Source: the human T2T-CHM13v2.0 reference genome, Homo sapiens. Taken from it: a DNA stretch of 64,000 nt. The stretch lies in NCBI RefSeq assembly GCF_009914755.1, contig NC_060928.1; one strand, written 5' to 3'. The translations under genes and the position numbers were made by a program. How positions within the stretch are numbered: the first letter of the stretch is position 1; each line of letters opens with the position of its first letter. This document shows positions 61,668 through 64,000 of this stretch, piece after piece. The notes beneath the pieces are model-generated. The model saw only the letters and a program-made list of their open reading frames with translations, ran no database searches and was not told the DNA's origin.

Positions 61668-63090
61668 TGACAAGTTGGCCAAAGTCTCATGGATGCTAGC
61701 AGAAGATAACACTATTGAGAAACTAATTTCTGATTCCAAAAATCTATGTTTTTGCTATATCACCTGCCCTATTATTATGCTTTGTTAGCCAATCACTGCT
61801 ACTATAGCAGTTTGCTTCAACCCAAGGGAGGGACTAACTTATGTTTGGCTGTCATGAGCATTAAGTTCTTCTGAGACCTCAAAAACCCTATAGTGACACA
61901 AGTAAAAGAGACCACCACTGTTGGTTAGCCATGAAGAATACAGGGTTCTGAGACCAGGGGAGAGCTAATTATTGTCAATCTGAATATTGTCTGGAACAGC
62001 ATATTGAGAGCACTTCCAAGAATTAAGTCAAGATTGTTCAGTGGCCTCTGTCAAGGACACTTCAAAAAGGGTATAAATGTGTATGTCCCACATTTGCCTT
62101 TACTGTTTCATTTGAGTATATAAAAAAGCTGATGACCACACACATATTTTTAAAACATGGTCTTCTTTCCTTTGGGAAATATTTTAAAACCAAATACTCT
62201 TCATCTTTTCAAATGCAAATATAGCTTCCCAGGACTTTTACATAACATAAAACACTCATAAAAATATTTTACACACATAAAAACATTTTATGAGTATTTG
62301 CGAGGAGTTCCCTTAAACTCAAGACATATAAAAATGATTCCTCTTTACTTTGATAAAGGATCTTTGATTTATTCAAAAGTCCACCAAGTATAGGAAGACA
62401 TGTAAGCAAATCACATTTATAGTTAGAATGACATGTTGAAACGCAGCTGTGAACTAGTAGATCAGGTAAGCCTACTGTTTAGGATGTTCAGGGTATAATA
62501 AGTTTTTATATATTTTTGTTACTTGAAAGTCAAAATACTGAAGATTATACAGGCAAATGTTGTACTTATCTGGTTTTTATTTTGATGCTTACTTATTTTT
62601 TTAATTTAATAAAGTATATTATTTTATCCAGGAAGGAAATGCCAAGTTTTTCTTCACAGGAAAGTTTATAGAAAAATATTTGCAAATATATCTTTAAATA
62701 TGTGTATATCTCTAAATATACACATCAATAACAACCAAAAATATATATATCTCATTCAAGATGGTTCACTGATCCCAATAATGCTTAAATTTATACTTAA
62801 ACTTAAATGTTTGCATTTGTATTTCCTAAACCTGCTTAGCACTATATGTTAGATAACCAATTGCTATTCGCAGTGTTCATATAATATGTTATATCTATTC
62901 AGATTATACCCTTGTATATGTGCAAAATTATTTTTAAAGGACATATATAAAATCTGAAAAACCATTTATTAATTTAAACATTTTTTAAACTTTCTATTAT
63001 TTTTCTTATAAAAGTGTCATAAGAATATCTGGCATCCTCTTGGTAAGAGAATAGATATAGTTAATGAAAGCACAGTGCTGAGACTATTTT

Positions 63091-63298
63091 TCAGCTTTAT
63101 GGAAATATAATTGACATAAATTTTGTATACTTCAAGTGTACCATATGATGATTTGATTGCATATGCAATGTAAAATGATTATCAAGATCAAGTGAGTTAA
63201 CATACCCACATCACTTTCCATTGTTACAATTTTTTGGACATGTGATGAGATCTACTCTTAGCAAATTTCAAGTATGCAAGAGTATTACTCACTATAAT
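63091..63298 (-). mobile_element. Short L1MA 3'-end fragment
   Basis: cagctttatggaaatataattgacat..gatctactcttagcaaatttcaagtat; possible TSD ctgaga.. at 63078 and 63299. Confidence 0.8.
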
Positions 63299-64000
63299 CT
63301 GAGATTTTATTTAAATTGATAATTATCTGAAGCATGAGAATAAATTCACAATTCTATATTCAAAACTTGAACATACATTAAATAAATATGTAGCTACAAA
63401 CAATGTTTGAAAGAACATGGAGATATTCAACATCGAAAGGTTACCGTGATTTCATCTGAGTAAACCATTTAATAGGGAAAAAAACCTTAAGTTTCATTTC
63501 TCAGGTTTTTAGAGGTTAGAGGACATTTTGCTGTACTCTAAAGAGGGAAAGTTATGAAAGGAGCATTTTTATCCATTTTGTCAACCTTTTACTTACTCAT
63601 GTGCAAAGGAGAAGAAAGAAATTACTGAACTGATAAAACCGGAAAAGGGATTTAACTGTATTTGACTAAGGACTTTTCTCTTTTTTGTCTCCTTCTACTT
63701 TTCTTCATTAAGACACATGGATCAGGTCCCCAACCTAACTTCTGGAGGAATTCTGAGTGCCTAGGTAACTATCTACATAGACCAACACCCTATATTAAGA
63801 AAAATCCATGACAAAAGTTATGCAGAATATAAACTAGAAAAAGCAACTGGAAACCAGACCTACCTAAGTTTTACATACTATAAAACTGTAGATAGTATTC
63901 CCAAGTCTATCGAAATTCTCCTCAGTGATGAATAAAATCACAAAAATTGCTGTGCAGAGAGATATGATAATGGATAGGAAGGATATGAGGGTGAGGAGAA

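Overview
AT-rich, CpG-depleted primate genomic DNA. An AluY and an L1PA2-type element point to human or another great ape. The window looks like gene-poor intergenic or deep-intronic sequence: I recognise no host protein-coding gene or structural RNA gene. Much of it is interspersed repeat: L1s of many ages, about 14 Alus or Alu fragments, ERV1/ERVK/ERVL/MaLR LTRs, a truncated tRNA-Pro-primed class I provirus, two near full-length Tigger transposons, MER2/MER45B/MER47, and MIR/L2 fragments. Nearly all ORFs in the track are TE-derived or chance. The most notable items are: an 84-bp loopless near-palindrome at 10384-10467 that I cannot assign to a repeat family; a young L1 with a complete twin-priming inversion signature, nested in an LTR; an older L1PA with several internal tandem duplications, one of which breaks at the same ORF2 position as that inversion; multi-level nested TE clusters; two HML-5-type solo LTRs that mimic a provirus; and a few weak candidate exons. 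I see no convincing new biological system. Subfamily names come from recalled consensus sequences, not from a search.
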